Notes under the pieces: model-generated | Told to the model about the DNA's origin: nothing | Database searches by the model: none | The model's input: the letters and a program-made list of their open reading frames with translations, nothing else | Shown: positions 46,219 to 56,068 of the stretch, one piece after another | Layout: the number at the start of each line of letters is the position of its first letter | How positions within the stretch are numbered: position 1 is the first letter of the stretch | Made by a program: the position numbers and the translations under genes | Assembly (NCBI GenBank): GCA_016839365.1 | Contig: JAEOUH010000069.1 | Span: 33,698 to 97,697, forward strand | Origin: Candidatus Hermodarchaeota archaeon | Lineage (GTDB): Archaea; Asgardarchaeota; Hermodarchaeia; Hermodarchaeales; Hermodarchaeaceae | Length of the DNA stretch: 64,000 bases | Direction: 5' to 3'

Positions 46219-48543
46219 ATGGGTGTTTCTATGACCGGATTCTTCTCCACCTTTCTGAGCCTTACTCCCCTCGAGCAAGGCATGCTCTACTTCGTAATCA
46301 TCGCCGCCATCATTAGCCTCATCTACGCTGTCTGGCTCCGTCGTGATGTCCTCAAACACGACAAAGGCACCAAAGAAATGCAAGAAGTCTGGGGCTCCAT
46401 AAAAGAAGGATCCAACGCTTATCTGAGTAAACAGCTTCGTACTATTCTGCCAATCATCTTTCTCCTCACCTTTGTACTGTTCCTCTCCGTGTATATCATT
46501 CCGGCTAGCCCTGAAGCCGTTCATGTTTTCCCCCCGGGTCCCTATAACACGAGCTTCATCATCGCCATTGGACGCTCTGTAGCATTCATCATGGGCGCCC
46601 TCTCATCCCTCGCTGTCGGTCAACTCGGAATGCGAATAGCCATCGAATCGAACATTCGCGTTGCCTCCGCCTCTGGACGCAGCTACCGTGAAGCCCTCAA
46701 AATCGCCTACCACGGTGGCACCTTCACTGGCATGCTCACCGACGGACTCGGCTTACTTGGTGGTACCCTCATCTTCATCGCCTTTGGCATCAGCGCCCCT
46801 GACGCCCTCCTTGGTTTCGGTCTCGGTGGTACTCTCCTTGCCCTCTTCATGCGAATTGGTGGTGGCATCTACACCAAAGCCGCCGATGTCGGTGCTGACC
46901 TCGTCGGCAAAGTTGAAGCCGGGCTTCCCGAAGATGATCCCCGCAATGCCGCAGTCATCGCTGATCTAGTAGGTGATAACGTGGGTGATTGTGCTGGAAT
47001 GGCTGCAGACATCTTTGAATCCTATGAAGTCACCATAGTGTCCGCACTTATCCTTGGTGTTGCCCTCTTCGCCATTACTGGGGATATTTTCTGGATTGTC
47101 TTCCCCTTGGTAGTACGTGCCATTGGTGTCATCAGCAGCATTATCGGTACATTCATGGTTGCGGTGTGGCGAACTGAAAAAGCCGAGAAAGCCATGTTTT
47201 ACAGCTACGAAGTTAGTAGCGCGTTCACGATTATCGTTTCCAGCATCTTCGCTTATTTTTACACCGGTGATGTGCGCCTCGGCATTCTCGTCGCCGTCGG
47301 TGTCCTCCTTGCGGTCAGCTTCAACCCCCTGACCAACTACTTCACCAGTCACCGTCACCGACCGGTCGAAGAAATCGTCGAACAAGCCCACGGCGGACCC
47401 GCCACCATCGTTCTCAGCGGCATCAGCGTCGGCTATGAAGCCGCCGTCTGGATCCTCCTCGTCATCGTCGCCACCTTCATCGCTGCCTTCCTCATTGCCC
47501 CCGAATACGTCCTCTACGGCATCGCCCTCATCGGCATTGGCATGTTAAGTCACACAGGAAATAATGTGGCTATGGATAGCTATGGACCGATTGCGGATAA
47601 TGCGGGTGGGATTGCGGAGTTGACGGATATGCCGAAGGAACCTCGGAAGATTCTAGCGGATTTGGATGCGGTTGGGAATACGACCAAGGCGATCACCAAG
47701 AATGTGGCTATTGCTTCGGCGGTGATTGCAGCGAGTGCGTTGTTCTATAGTTTCGTCGTGGACGTGACACGCGCTGCCGATTTCTGGGGCGTTATTAATC
47801 CGTTGGCAATGGGGATTCAATTGGATAACCCGGTTGTCCTCGCCGGACTCTTACTAGGCGCAGCCTTACCATGGTTGTTTTCTGCGCTAGCAATCCGTGC
47901 GGTGAGCCGAGCCTCCACACAAATTATCGAGGAGGTGCGTGAGCAGTTTAAGACACCTGGTGTTATGGAAGGAAAGGTGAAACCGAAGTATGATCGAGTG
48001 GTAACGATTACCACTCGGGCCGCACAAAAAGAGCTCATCAGCTTGACAATCCTTGCGGTGGTGACCCCACTTGTGATAGGGTTGCTGCTGCAGATTCAGG
48101 CCTTGGGTGGATTCTTGGCTGGTCTAATTGCTTCTGGACTTCTCCTAGCCGTGTACATGTCGGTTGCGGGAGGCGCTTGGGATAATGCGAAGAAATACAT
48201 TGAAGACGAAATCTGTGCCCCTGAAAAAGGGACAGGTAAGGGTTCTGACAGACACAAAGCAGCTGTGTGCGGTGATACCATTGGTGATCCGTTAAAGGAT
48301 ACCGCAGGTCCAGCCTTGAATCCGATGATCAAAGTGGTGAATCTCGTCGCCTTGATTGTCGCACCAATTCTGCTAGTGTATCGGTTCACTCTGCCGGTAG
48401 TATGGCCTCCCACAATGGAATGGATTATTGGAACCCTTGTAATCGTCTTTGTGGTCCTAATACTCTTAGCGCTTTTAGTGTGGGCGTTCCGTCGGAGTCG
48501 TCGGTCCATTCCACCGATTGCAGAATGGGAGAGTCGGGACTAA
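46219..48543 (+). CDS. hppA: Membrane H+-translocating pyrophosphatase, K+-independent type
   Basis: GGIYTKAADVGADLVGKVE, EDDPRN, DNVGDCAG, DNAGG and GNTTKA (Lys marks the K+-independent type); DPLKDTAGP. Confidence 0.95.
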   Translation: MGVSMTGFFSTFLSLTPLEQGMLYFVIIAAIISLIYAVWLRRDVLKHDKGTKEMQEVWGSIKEGSNAYLSKQLRTILPIIFLLTFVLFLSVYIIPASPEAVHVFPPGPYNTSFIIAIGRSVAFIMGALSSLAVGQLGMRIAIESNIRVASASGRSYREALKIAYHGGTFTGMLTDGLGLLGGTLIFIAFGISAPDALLGFGLGGTLLALFMRIGGGIYTKAADVGADLVGKVEAGLPEDDPRNAAVIADLVGDNVGDCAGMAADIFESYEVTIVSALILGVALFAITGDIFWIVFPLVVRAIGVISSIIGTFMVAVWRTEKAEKAMFYSYEVSSAFTIIVSSIFAYFYTGDVRLGILVAVGVLLAVSFNPLTNYFTSHRHRPVEEIVEQAHGGPATIVLSGISVGYEAAVWILLVIVATFIAAFLIAPEYVLYGIALIGIGMLSHTGNNVAMDSYGPIADNAGGIAELTDMPKEPRKILADLDAVGNTTKAITKNVAIASAVIAASALFYSFVVDVTRAADFWGVINPLAMGIQLDNPVVLAGLLLGAALPWLFSALAIRAVSRASTQIIEEVREQFKTPGVMEGKVKPKYDRVVTITTRAAQKELISLTILAVVTPLVIGLLLQIQALGGFLAGLIASGLLLAVYMSVAGGAWDNAKKYIEDEICAPEKGTGKGSDRHKAAVCGDTIGDPLKDTAGPALNPMIKVVNLVALIVAPILLVYRFTLPVVWPPTMEWIIGTLVIVFVVLILLALLVWAFRRSRRSIPPIAEWESRD

Positions 48544-48604
48544 AAGGCATCCTTTGCTTGGTGTGGCTGTAGAAATAAAAACGGGAACTTCACATGGAGT
48601 CATA

Positions 48605-48856
48605 GTGATTTCTAAGTCAAGTCCTTATCTAATTCTCATGGATGATGTGCTGAGTGGAAAAATCCCTCCAGATTCTATTGAACCACAGTATATCCTAGTC
48701 GCTCCAGGTAAGAAATCCCCCAGAGACAAGTTCATCGAAGGTATTAACTACTTAGCGAAGTTTGGTTGGCGATCGGTCGGCTATTCACACAACCAATTAT
48801 CCATAGTAACTCTTGGTCGTACTACAATCTATTGTCTGATGGAAAAAGTGGAATAA
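48605..48856 (+). CDS. Small hypothetical protein (DUF4177-like)
   Basis: INYLAKFGWRSV...IYCLMEK pattern; GGAG before GTG 48605. Confidence 0.5.
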   Translation: MISKSSPYLILMDDVLSGKIPPDSIEPQYILVAPGKKSPRDKFIEGINYLAKFGWRSVGYSHNQLSIVTLGRTTIYCLMEKVE

Positions 48857-48941
48857 ACGTCTACAACTACCAAAATTAGTCGGTAACAGAAGACCCAAAA
48901 AGCAGGCACACGCAGTAAGTATTATAGCTTTCTTAAGGTGT

Positions 48942-49130
48942 ATGCAGGTGTCTTCGCAACCACGGTCTGTAATCCTGTTAATCTTCTTGGGCATTGTGTT
49001 CATAAGTGCTGGGTTTGGGCTGTTGTTAATCCCATTGTTGGGATCCCTCTCTTATGTGGCTTCGATTTTATTGTTGGCTGTTGGGCTAATAGTCCTTATC
49101 CTAGCAGGCTGTTTGAGTCGGCGCTTCTAA
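48942..49130 (+). CDS. Small 2-TM membrane protein
   Basis: 62 aa with two hydrophobic helices; AGGTG upstream. Confidence 0.5.
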   Translation: MQVSSQPRSVILLIFLGIVFISAGFGLLLIPLLGSLSYVASILLLAVGLIVLILAGCLSRRF

Positions 49131-49180
49131 ACACACTGGGAACTGTTTAAGCTTCAGCCTGCTTCAAGTATCAATTAATT

Positions 49181-49307
49181 CTACTGTTCACCACACAAGC
49201 CTTGGCGGATTAGACACCTCAAGGATAATGAAAACATCGGAGAGGGAATGGTTTTCTAAGGGGGGAGAGAGGTGCCAAACTTCTCACCGCTGTAGTGGTC
49301 ACAATAG
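49181..49307. repeat. Structured intergenic element, copy 2
   Basis: TGGCGGATTAGACACCTC (49203-49220) and GGAGAGGGAATGGTTTTCTA (49239-49258) match 21287-21304 and 21345-21364. Confidence 0.7.
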
Positions 49308-49466
49308 AAACATCTTAGGCAATATCCCGAATCCTCAAGTGGAATTCACGTTGGCGACATATAAAAGTATAGACTCACATTTTGTCGGGTTGATTCTCAA
49401 AACGAACTACACACTTTTAAGCGGGTTTCCTACCTAGTCGCCTCACCAATACCGAGGCTGATCTGC

Positions 49467-50738
49467 ATGGTCGATTTTGCCCTGACGAAACGTGAACAAG
49501 AAATCTTAGATACTGCCATGGCTTTCTCCAAAAAGTGGATTGTACCCTATGCTCGGGAACTCGAAGAAGCCGACGAGTTTCCCTGGAAACTGGCCCAGAA
49601 AGCCTATGATGCTGGGCTAATGAACTCGCATATACCTAAAGAATACGGTGGACCCGCTCATTCAATGGTGGAAGAGACCCTCATTGGGGAGGCTATTGGT
49701 TACGGTGACGGCGGTATCGCCACTACTATTTTAGCTAACAACTTGGCCCTCACGCCGCTTCTTATTACTGCAACTCCGGAGCAAATGGAGAAATACATCA
49801 AACCCTTTGCCACGGGCAAGGAAGCCCAGTTTGCCGCTTTCTGCCTCACTGAACGTGAGGCGGGATCTGATGCTGCTGCTGTGAAAACTACCGCCACGAA
49901 GGATGGTAATGAGTGGATCATCAATGGGCGCAAATGCTTTAGCACCAACGGGCACGTTGCTAAATATCACAGCGTCTTCACTACGGTGGATCCCTCATTG
50001 GGCTATAAGGGAATGGCTGTGCACATGGTGGACGCGGAACTTCCTGGGGTTAAGGTTGTCATGCTCGAAGACAAGCTTGGGCAGCGAGCTTCATTCCAAG
50101 CGGAAATTGAATACAAAGACGTCCGCATCCCCGGAGATTGTCTCTTCGGAGAGGTTGGTAGTGGTTTTAAGTATGCGATGCAAACCCTTGACCGTACTCG
50201 CGCAGCCATTGCAGCTTTGGGCGTAGGGATTGCACAACGTGCTGTAGATGAGGCAGCGATTTTCGCTAATCATCGCCGCCAATTCGGCAAACCCATCGGC
50301 GCCTATCAGGGTATCAACTTTATGATAGCAGATATGGAAGCTCGTACCATGCACGCCCGATGGGCTACTCGTTATTCTGCTTGGCTTGTCGACCAAGGAA
50401 AACGGAATACCAAAGAGTCCAGTTGTGCGAAGTTCTTCGCCACAGACGCTGCAATGCAAAATACACTGGATTGCATCCAAATCATGGGCGGCTATGGTTA
50501 TGCCAAAGAATATCCCGCCGAACAGATGATGCGCGGTGCCAAGCTTACCCAAATTTATGAAGGCACCAATCAGATTCAACGGATGGTCGCGGGACAGGCC
50601 GTCCTAAAAGAAGCCCAGGTCACCGAATTGGACACCGGATTCCGATTATCCTATTCAGGAAACGACTATCCCGATCCTTGGGGTCCTCGTGAAAGCAAGG
50701 TTCCTGATTTCTGGGGGAAACAGAAGGCTAAGAAATAA
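49467..50738 (+). CDS. Acyl-CoA dehydrogenase
   Basis: FCLTEREAGSD, INGRKCF, KLGQRAS, RRQFGKPI, QIMGGYGY, IYEGTNQIQR. Confidence 0.95.
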   Translation: MVDFALTKREQEILDTAMAFSKKWIVPYARELEEADEFPWKLAQKAYDAGLMNSHIPKEYGGPAHSMVEETLIGEAIGYGDGGIATTILANNLALTPLLITATPEQMEKYIKPFATGKEAQFAAFCLTEREAGSDAAAVKTTATKDGNEWIINGRKCFSTNGHVAKYHSVFTTVDPSLGYKGMAVHMVDAELPGVKVVMLEDKLGQRASFQAEIEYKDVRIPGDCLFGEVGSGFKYAMQTLDRTRAAIAALGVGIAQRAVDEAAIFANHRRQFGKPIGAYQGINFMIADMEARTMHARWATRYSAWLVDQGKRNTKESSCAKFFATDAAMQNTLDCIQIMGGYGYAKEYPAEQMMRGAKLTQIYEGTNQIQRMVAGQAVLKEAQVTELDTGFRLSYSGNDYPDPWGPRESKVPDFWGKQKAKK

Positions 50739-50768
50739 GCTTCCTCTTGGGCTGAAAAATAAAAGAAC

Positions 50769-50800
50769 GAGCCGACAGTGAATACTATGCCTGTCGACTC
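50769..50800. terminator. Hairpin between convergent genes
   Basis: GAGCCGACAG/CTGTCGACTC stem with one mismatch. Confidence 0.35.
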
Positions 50801-50829
50801 ATTAAAGCTAGCTCCGTCAAAGAGAGCTA

Positions 50830-51807
50830 CTATTCTTGTTTCTTGCGTCGTACTGAACGGACAGGAGGCGGTTGGCTAGCACCTACTAGACCAGCAAGAC
50901 CTAAGATTTCACCTCTAACCATGTCCATAGGAATGGCAAAGACGATCGTATTGCTTTGATCGAAGCTGATGTCTTCAAGGCTAGACAGAGTTCGTAAGTA
51001 AAGGGCTTGAGTGCTCATCTCCCGAACTGCTTGTTCGAGATTCTGAGCGGCCACTAGTTCCCCTTCGCTTTTGATAATTACGGCTCGGCGTTCTCGTTCG
51101 GCTTCCGCCTGGCGAGCAATTACTCGCTTCATATCCATGGGCAATTCAATGTTCTGAAGATTGACGCTTTGAATGTCAATGCCCCAGCGTTCTGTCTCTT
51201 TGTCCACGATTAACTTAATACGGTCGGCGATTTGGTCGCGTTGTGCTAGAAGGTCGTCGAGTTCAACGTTACCGATGACATCTCGCATGGTGGTTTGGGC
51301 GTATTGGACGGTGCTGAGTCTTACGTCTTGGATGTTAATGAGACTTTTGGGAGTATTGGTGACTTTCATGAAGACCACAGCGTCAATATTAAGACTGATG
51401 TTGTCGCGTGTCATTAGTTCTTGTTTCATCACATCTAGAGTCTGGATTCGCATGTCTTGGCGGATGAATCTTTCGACTCCAGGCCATTTGAAGAACATAC
51501 CTGGTCCGACGAGACGGACAAATTTCCCGAATCGCAGGACAATGGCTTCCTCCCACTGCTTATTGATGGACACAGTTGCGGGAATGAATATGAAAAACAT
51601 CACAGCAAAGAATCCAAAGAGGAATGGGAGAAAGAATGTCCAAAAGCCAAGTATTGGCACTAGGAAGGGGACTCCAAAGATCGCGATGAGGATGAAGATG
51701 ATTCCAAGGAAGAGGAATGTGAGCAATGGAAGTGGCGAGCCCCTATATTCATACATGCGTTGCTGCTCTCTTTCACTTTTCTCTACTTCAGTCACGGTTT
51801 TCACCAT
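50830..51807 (-). CDS. SPFH/band-7 (stomatin-like) membrane protein
   Basis: Two N-terminal TM segments, QWEEAIVLRFGK, TRDN, AQTTMRDVIG, WGI, RQAEAERERRA. Confidence 0.92.
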   Translation of the reverse strand: MVKTVTEVEKSEREQQRMYEYRGSPLPLLTFLFLGIIFILIAIFGVPFLVPILGFWTFFLPFLFGFFAVMFFIFIPATVSINKQWEEAIVLRFGKFVRLVGPGMFFKWPGVERFIRQDMRIQTLDVMKQELMTRDNISLNIDAVVFMKVTNTPKSLINIQDVRLSTVQYAQTTMRDVIGNVELDDLLAQRDQIADRIKLIVDKETERWGIDIQSVNLQNIELPMDMKRVIARQAEAERERRAVIIKSEGELVAAQNLEQAVREMSTQALYLRTLSSLEDISFDQSNTIVFAIPMDMVRGEILGLAGLVGASQPPPVRSVRRKKQE

Positions 51808-52056
51808 AGGTCACTCAAAGTGCTCTCACATCGTCCCTTATAGCTGTTGATTGAAAGACTAGTTGGGTGGGATGGTAGCACTGAAGTGTTGAGGGAATAT
51901 TGCGGTTTGGAACTATACGTAGATCATCTAAATAAACATCTATCCCGTGTGTATAGCCGAATCGGATATCCCGCACCAGGTTCGAATATCCCTCGTTCTA
52001 GGTTCCACGAGTTCAGGCTTAAAAAATTACGGGACAGGAATTGACATTAGCCACAA

Positions 52057-52263
52057 TTAGGTGATGTCAAGCCTTTGTGTTCGGGCAATAACGAAGCCAA
52101 GAATTACAATCGCGATTGCTATTATGACGAAAAAAGCCGTGAAGATAATACCAATGAACACGGCTCCGAAGGAGCCGAGTAAAAAATTGACAACTGAAGC
52201 AACGGCACATAGCATTGTAACAAACGCGAATTGGACCCAGTTCTTCGACCATTCTATCTTCAT
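52057..52263 (-). CDS. Small 2-TM membrane protein
   Basis: 68 aa with two hydrophobic helices. Confidence 0.5.
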   Translation of the reverse strand: MKIEWSKNWVQFAFVTMLCAVASVVNFLLGSFGAVFIGIIFTAFFVIIAIAIVILGFVIARTQRLDIT

Positions 52264-52342
52264 ACCAAGTCATACCTTTTTTGTCGCAGGCAGGTGTGGG
52301 GGGCGAATTATTGAAGCTGTTGAAAAATCATTATTGGCTGTG

Positions 52343-53335
52343 TTACTTGGTTTTGATAAGATCTGGGTAATTCGGGTCGAGTTTACGAACTTGGTCAAAA
52401 CAGGCCTGGGCTTCCCGTGGCCGATTTAACTCAATGAGAATCCTGCCGCGAAGATATAGCCCATTTATATGGTGAGGACTCACCTCGAGAAGCCGATTGG
52501 TGATGTCTAAAGCTTCCTGGAACCGTTTGAGTTTTCGTGCTAGTGTGTTCGCAAGATTGTAGAGGGTGTGCACATCATGCGGGTTAAGTTTGGTGGCTCG
52601 TACATAGGCTTCAACTGCCTCTTTGTGCTTGTCTAGAATACCCAACGCAACACCTTTATCATACCACGCTCGCGCGTTTTCTGGTTCTAAGGCAATAACT
52701 CGTTTGAAAATCTTTAGGGCGTCTTCAGTCTGCTCCATCTTCCCCAAGAGTTCACCCATGTCAAGCCACGCTTCTACTTGCTCTGGGGTCATCTTGGTGG
52801 TTTTCTTATAACTGGCGAGAGCTTCTTCATTTTGGCCAAGCTGTTCGTGGATGACCCCACGATTATACCACGCTCGTGCGTCTCCAGGATTAATACGCAC
52901 AGTCTCAATAAAACATTCCAACGCTTCTTCGTAGCGCTCCATATCGGCTAAAATGACACCCCTATTGTACCAGGCGTTGGCATAATCCACTCGGTTTGGT
53001 GTACGTGTACGGGTGGCTCTGATGAAGCTTTCTAACGCCTCTTGAGCGCGTCCTAGTTCCTGATAGGCTGCCCCCAGGTTGTTCCACGCTTCAGTATAAT
53101 TATCATCTAATTCAGTTGCCCGTTGATAACAGTCCAAAGCCTCATTAATCCGACCTAATTCATCAAGGACAAGTCCCCGGTTAAACCAGATGGCTGCATC
53201 GTGGGGACATAATTCAGCAGCAGTAGTAAAAGCTTCCAACGCTTCTTGGTGGTTTCCCTGTTCGCCAAGTGTCACTCCGAGGTTAAACCAGTCTTCTGCT
53301 GTTAGATTGGTTTTTCGTGGCGGGTTCTTTGACAC
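52343..53335 (-). CDS. Tetratricopeptide-repeat protein
   Basis: About nine 34-aa repeats of the form AWxNxG...EAL...A. Confidence 0.92.
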   Translation of the reverse strand: MSKNPPRKTNLTAEDWFNLGVTLGEQGNHQEALEAFTTAAELCPHDAAIWFNRGLVLDELGRINEALDCYQRATELDDNYTEAWNNLGAAYQELGRAQEALESFIRATRTRTPNRVDYANAWYNRGVILADMERYEEALECFIETVRINPGDARAWYNRGVIHEQLGQNEEALASYKKTTKMTPEQVEAWLDMGELLGKMEQTEDALKIFKRVIALEPENARAWYDKGVALGILDKHKEAVEAYVRATKLNPHDVHTLYNLANTLARKLKRFQEALDITNRLLEVSPHHINGLYLRGRILIELNRPREAQACFDQVRKLDPNYPDLIKTK

Positions 53336-53347
53336 CTTCTCACCCTT

Positions 53348-53710
53348 TCATCCTGCCTGCAAAACCTGCAGCATTAGCTGCCCTAAGGGCACTGATTCAT
53401 GGGCTGCTCCAATAATGATGAGTTCCCACCGCTTCATCAAGTCCCGAAATGATACTTGTCCTGTGAACAAATTCATCAAAGTTTCACTTCTAGCCTTGTA
53501 GATCACATCAGGCGAAGGATAACTCCCTTTTCTGAGTTCCATCGTTCCTTGCTTAAAGACAATAATATGCACTGTTTCTGCTTCAGTTTCAAGTTGGAGG
53601 ACTTTCCCTTGATACGGGCCTACCCATCTTTTCACCTGCTCACGAAGTTCTGAGGTGTTATTGACCTTTGTCACCAATCCGTCGAATAATTGCATTATTG
53701 AACTAGTCAT
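53348..53710 (-). CDS. SCP2 sterol-carrier-like protein
   Basis: PDVIYKA.SETLMNLFTGQVS...ELIIIG SCP2 pattern; ATG 53710 overlaps the upstream stop. Confidence 0.65.
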   Translation of the reverse strand: MTSSIMQLFDGLVTKVNNTSELREQVKRWVGPYQGKVLQLETEAETVHIIVFKQGTMELRKGSYPSPDVIYKARSETLMNLFTGQVSFRDLMKRWELIIIGAAHESVPLGQLMLQVLQAG

Positions 53711-53997
53711 TCTCTCTTCTCTCCTGACTTTTTCTGTTTCATCCAATTACGTATGGCTTCTAAAGCCGCTGCATTGACGTTTCGAGCATTGATGCTGCCT
53801 TTGTCTTGTTGTACTTTTTCTAGAAAATCTTGGTATTCACCATGGTCCATTAACACCACAATTCGTCCCTTGCGGTTGTTCACCATCGATTCCGCAACAT
53901 ATTGGTTCTGCTGAATTGACAGTGTCTCAATGTCATTTAGGCGAAGTGTGGGGTACCCAGGCCATTGCCCATCTGATGCTTTCTTGTATCGTTTCAC
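53707..53997 (-). CDS. Hypothetical protein with possible C-terminal ribbon-helix-helix
   Basis: SD GAGGAG; operonic; IVVLMD..EYQDF...AALEAIRNW. Confidence 0.55.
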   Translation of the reverse strand: MKRYKKASDGQWPGYPTLRLNDIETLSIQQNQYVAESMVNNRKGRIVVLMDHGEYQDFLEKVQQDKGSINARNVNAAALEAIRNWMKQKKSGEKRE

Positions 53998-54009
53998 ACC
54001 AACTCCTCC

Positions 54010-54282
54010 TTAACTGATTCTTTCCTTTTTCAAATCAATTGACTGATCGCCAGGTATCTTAACTAATCCGGGTTGAAAGGGCCAATCAATTACATACCGC
54101 ATTCCTTTCTTCCCAGCCTTGTCTCCGCTGCGCCAGGTTCCCACGTAAATCCCACTTCCGAAGACACGGATATATTCACTTAATATGAGGGTCGCCGCTG
54201 CTTCAACACTAATGTTGGCATTTTCCGCTTTCTCAGCTAGTCCCTTCTGGATTTCTTTAGGTAGAATGATCTTCATCGACAT
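54010..54282 (-). CDS. Hypothetical protein with N-terminal ribbon-helix-helix
   Basis: MKIILPKEIQKGLAEKAENANISVEAAATLILSEYI; SD GGAG. Confidence 0.6.
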   Translation of the reverse strand: MSMKIILPKEIQKGLAEKAENANISVEAAATLILSEYIRVFGSGIYVGTWRSGDKAGKKGMRYVIDWPFQPGLVKIPGDQSIDLKKERIS

Positions 54283-54298
54283 CTACTCCTAACCATCG

Positions 54299-55078
54299 TT
54301 AATGTTTGGGTTTTGTTTTTCTTTTGATACGAAATGCTAAGCGTGTGTATGGATTCCCCCATCGTTCAACATAGAAACTTCCTTCTAACGGCCAACGGGA
54401 GGGTCCAAGCATTCGTGCTTTCTCAGGCACCCCAATACAAAAAGCGGCCAATGGCGTCCAGGTGCGAGGGATCCCTAGTTTGTCACAGATGAATTCGACA
54501 TGTCTTTTATCGGCAAAGGGGACCGCTTGATATGCGCAGGCGTATCCCATGGAATGGGCAACCAGCCACATACTGAAGACTCCCATGGCAACAACTACGC
54601 TACCGCAGAGCTCATTCGAATACATAGCGGGGCTATCATGCCAGCTTTCTGAGGCGCAGCATACGATTACCGCATCCGCTTTCTCAGGATACCTGAACAA
54701 GGAGCCATCCCGCATCTCCTCATATGTCCCCGGACGACTCGCATCAGGCATATACCAAAGTCGACCCTGGGTTGCCTCATACGGGTAGTTGCCAAAGACA
54801 TAGCGGGCTGCCTCCTGACTGATATCGGCGATGATCCGTTTCATTTCCTCATCTTCACGAATAATGACATACCGCCACATCTGCATGTTTTCTGGAGAAG
54901 GCGCATATCGGGCGGCATCCAAAATCAGCTCCAAATCTTCGTCTGGGATCCGTTCACCCGTCATGTGCCGGATGCTTCGCCGCATACGAAGTAACTCGAC
55001 TAATTGGTTCGTGGCAAGGGACTGGATATTGGATTCGCCTTTTTTTGACACAGATGCCTTAGATTTTGCTTCTGTCAT
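54299..55078 (-). CDS. Nitroreductase-family flavoprotein
   Basis: RRSIR, ILDAARYAPSPENMQMWRY, MWLVAHSMGYAC, IGVP. Confidence 0.9.
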   Translation of the reverse strand: MTEAKSKASVSKKGESNIQSLATNQLVELLRMRRSIRHMTGERIPDEDLELILDAARYAPSPENMQMWRYVIIREDEEMKRIIADISQEAARYVFGNYPYEATQGRLWYMPDASRPGTYEEMRDGSLFRYPEKADAVIVCCASESWHDSPAMYSNELCGSVVVAMGVFSMWLVAHSMGYACAYQAVPFADKRHVEFICDKLGIPRTWTPLAAFCIGVPEKARMLGPSRWPLEGSFYVERWGNPYTRLAFRIKRKTKPKH

Positions 55079-55235
55079 AAATATTCCACCGTGGCGTCTC
55101 TATTCGAAATATATCTATGTGGTATTAAATGGTAGCTTTGTAAACGATGAAGCATCCACTATCAGGATAACACTGAGCAGAACAATTGGCGAAGTGAAAA
55201 ACACAGATACAGTTGAGGTAACTGCCCCCTTTAGG

Positions 55236-55940
55236 CTAGCCTGATCGGATGTGCATGTTCAGCTCTTCTAGCTTAGCAACAGCCGTAGCAACGGTATCCG
55301 GGGGTAAATCGGAAGGGCTAGATTTCAGGAGCGCGATGAGTTCTTTGTAGACACTCGCAGCCTTCGCCCGACTGCTGAGGTTATTCATTGCTGTATCACG
55401 GGCTTGCTCAATCAAAGGTTTTAGGTACTCTCGTTGCACCTTTTGCCGATTCTTCAGGTCGTTGATAATGTTATCATTCGTTTCAATGACCGTGGCAATT
55501 TTGGTATCAGGCACATCGGAGGGCCGACGAGGGGCTGCTGGTCCAGCAGCGGCTGGTATAGGGGCTGGAGCAGGTGCGGGAGCTGGCGCACGTGCAGGGG
55601 CTGGAGCGGAGGTCGGTGCAGGAGCTGGTGCAGGGGCAGTTCGTTGAAGTTGGGGGATTATCTGCTCGGTCATGGCTGATCGAATGGCTTTATCGATGAC
55701 TTCTGCAAGGGTGGCTTCAATGGGAGCCAATCCATCGGCAACCGCCTTCCCTGTAGCCGTCATAATATTACCGATGGCTTTATCCAGCGCATCAATACGC
55801 TTCTCAATATTGGTGATTTGTGCAGCCATCTTTTTCTGCGCTTCGTTAAGATGGCTGATATATGAAACAATCCTCTTCAACTCTTGATCAATTCCGCCTT
55901 TCTGAGCAGCAGGTGGCGGGGTTTGAGGTGGCTGTGTCAT
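55236..55940 (-). CDS. Coiled-coil protein with Pro/Ala linker and helical C-terminal domain
   Basis: Heptad N-terminus, (AP)n tract and helical C-terminus; SD GGAG. Confidence 0.7.
   Translation of the reverse strand: MTQPPQTPPPAAQKGGIDQELKRIVSYISHLNEAQKKMAAQITNIEKRIDALDKAIGNIMTATGKAVADGLAPIEATLAEVIDKAIRSAMTEQIIPQLQRTAPAPAPAPTSAPAPARAPAPAPAPAPIPAAAGPAAPRRPSDVPDTKIATVIETNDNIINDLKNRQKVQREYLKPLIEQARDTAMNNLSSRAKAASVYKELIALLKSSPSDLPPDTVATAVAKLEELNMHIRSG
55545..55640 (-). repeat. Low-complexity Ala-Pro coding repeat
   Basis: Imperfect GCNCCN tandem units encoding APAPAPAPTSAPAPARAPAPAPAPAPIPAAA. Confidence 0.7.
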
Positions 55941-56068
55941 CAGAAATCAATCTCCATAAGCTGTTTACAAATAATACGGGCTAGCGGATAGTATAACCCT
56001 TCCGTTCTCCACTCCGTAAGACTCCAGATAAATGTTTAGCTCAATTTCTGGAAAAAGTCGGGTTGAAT

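Noticed and set aside
49203-49290. Glycine, cobalamin or SAM riboswitch identity for the repeated element
   Set aside because: Only isolated words (GGAGAG, AGGGAA, GGTGCC) match; core consensus features are missing, and copy 1 lies between convergent genes
51955-52020. GGTTCGAAT resembling a tRNA T-loop
   Set aside because: No T-stem, acceptor stem or cloverleaf can be built around it
52343-53335. Periodic DNA similarity suggesting a CRISPR or tandem array
   Set aside because: Explained by TPR protein repeats; no identical direct repeats with unique spacers were seen anywhere in the window
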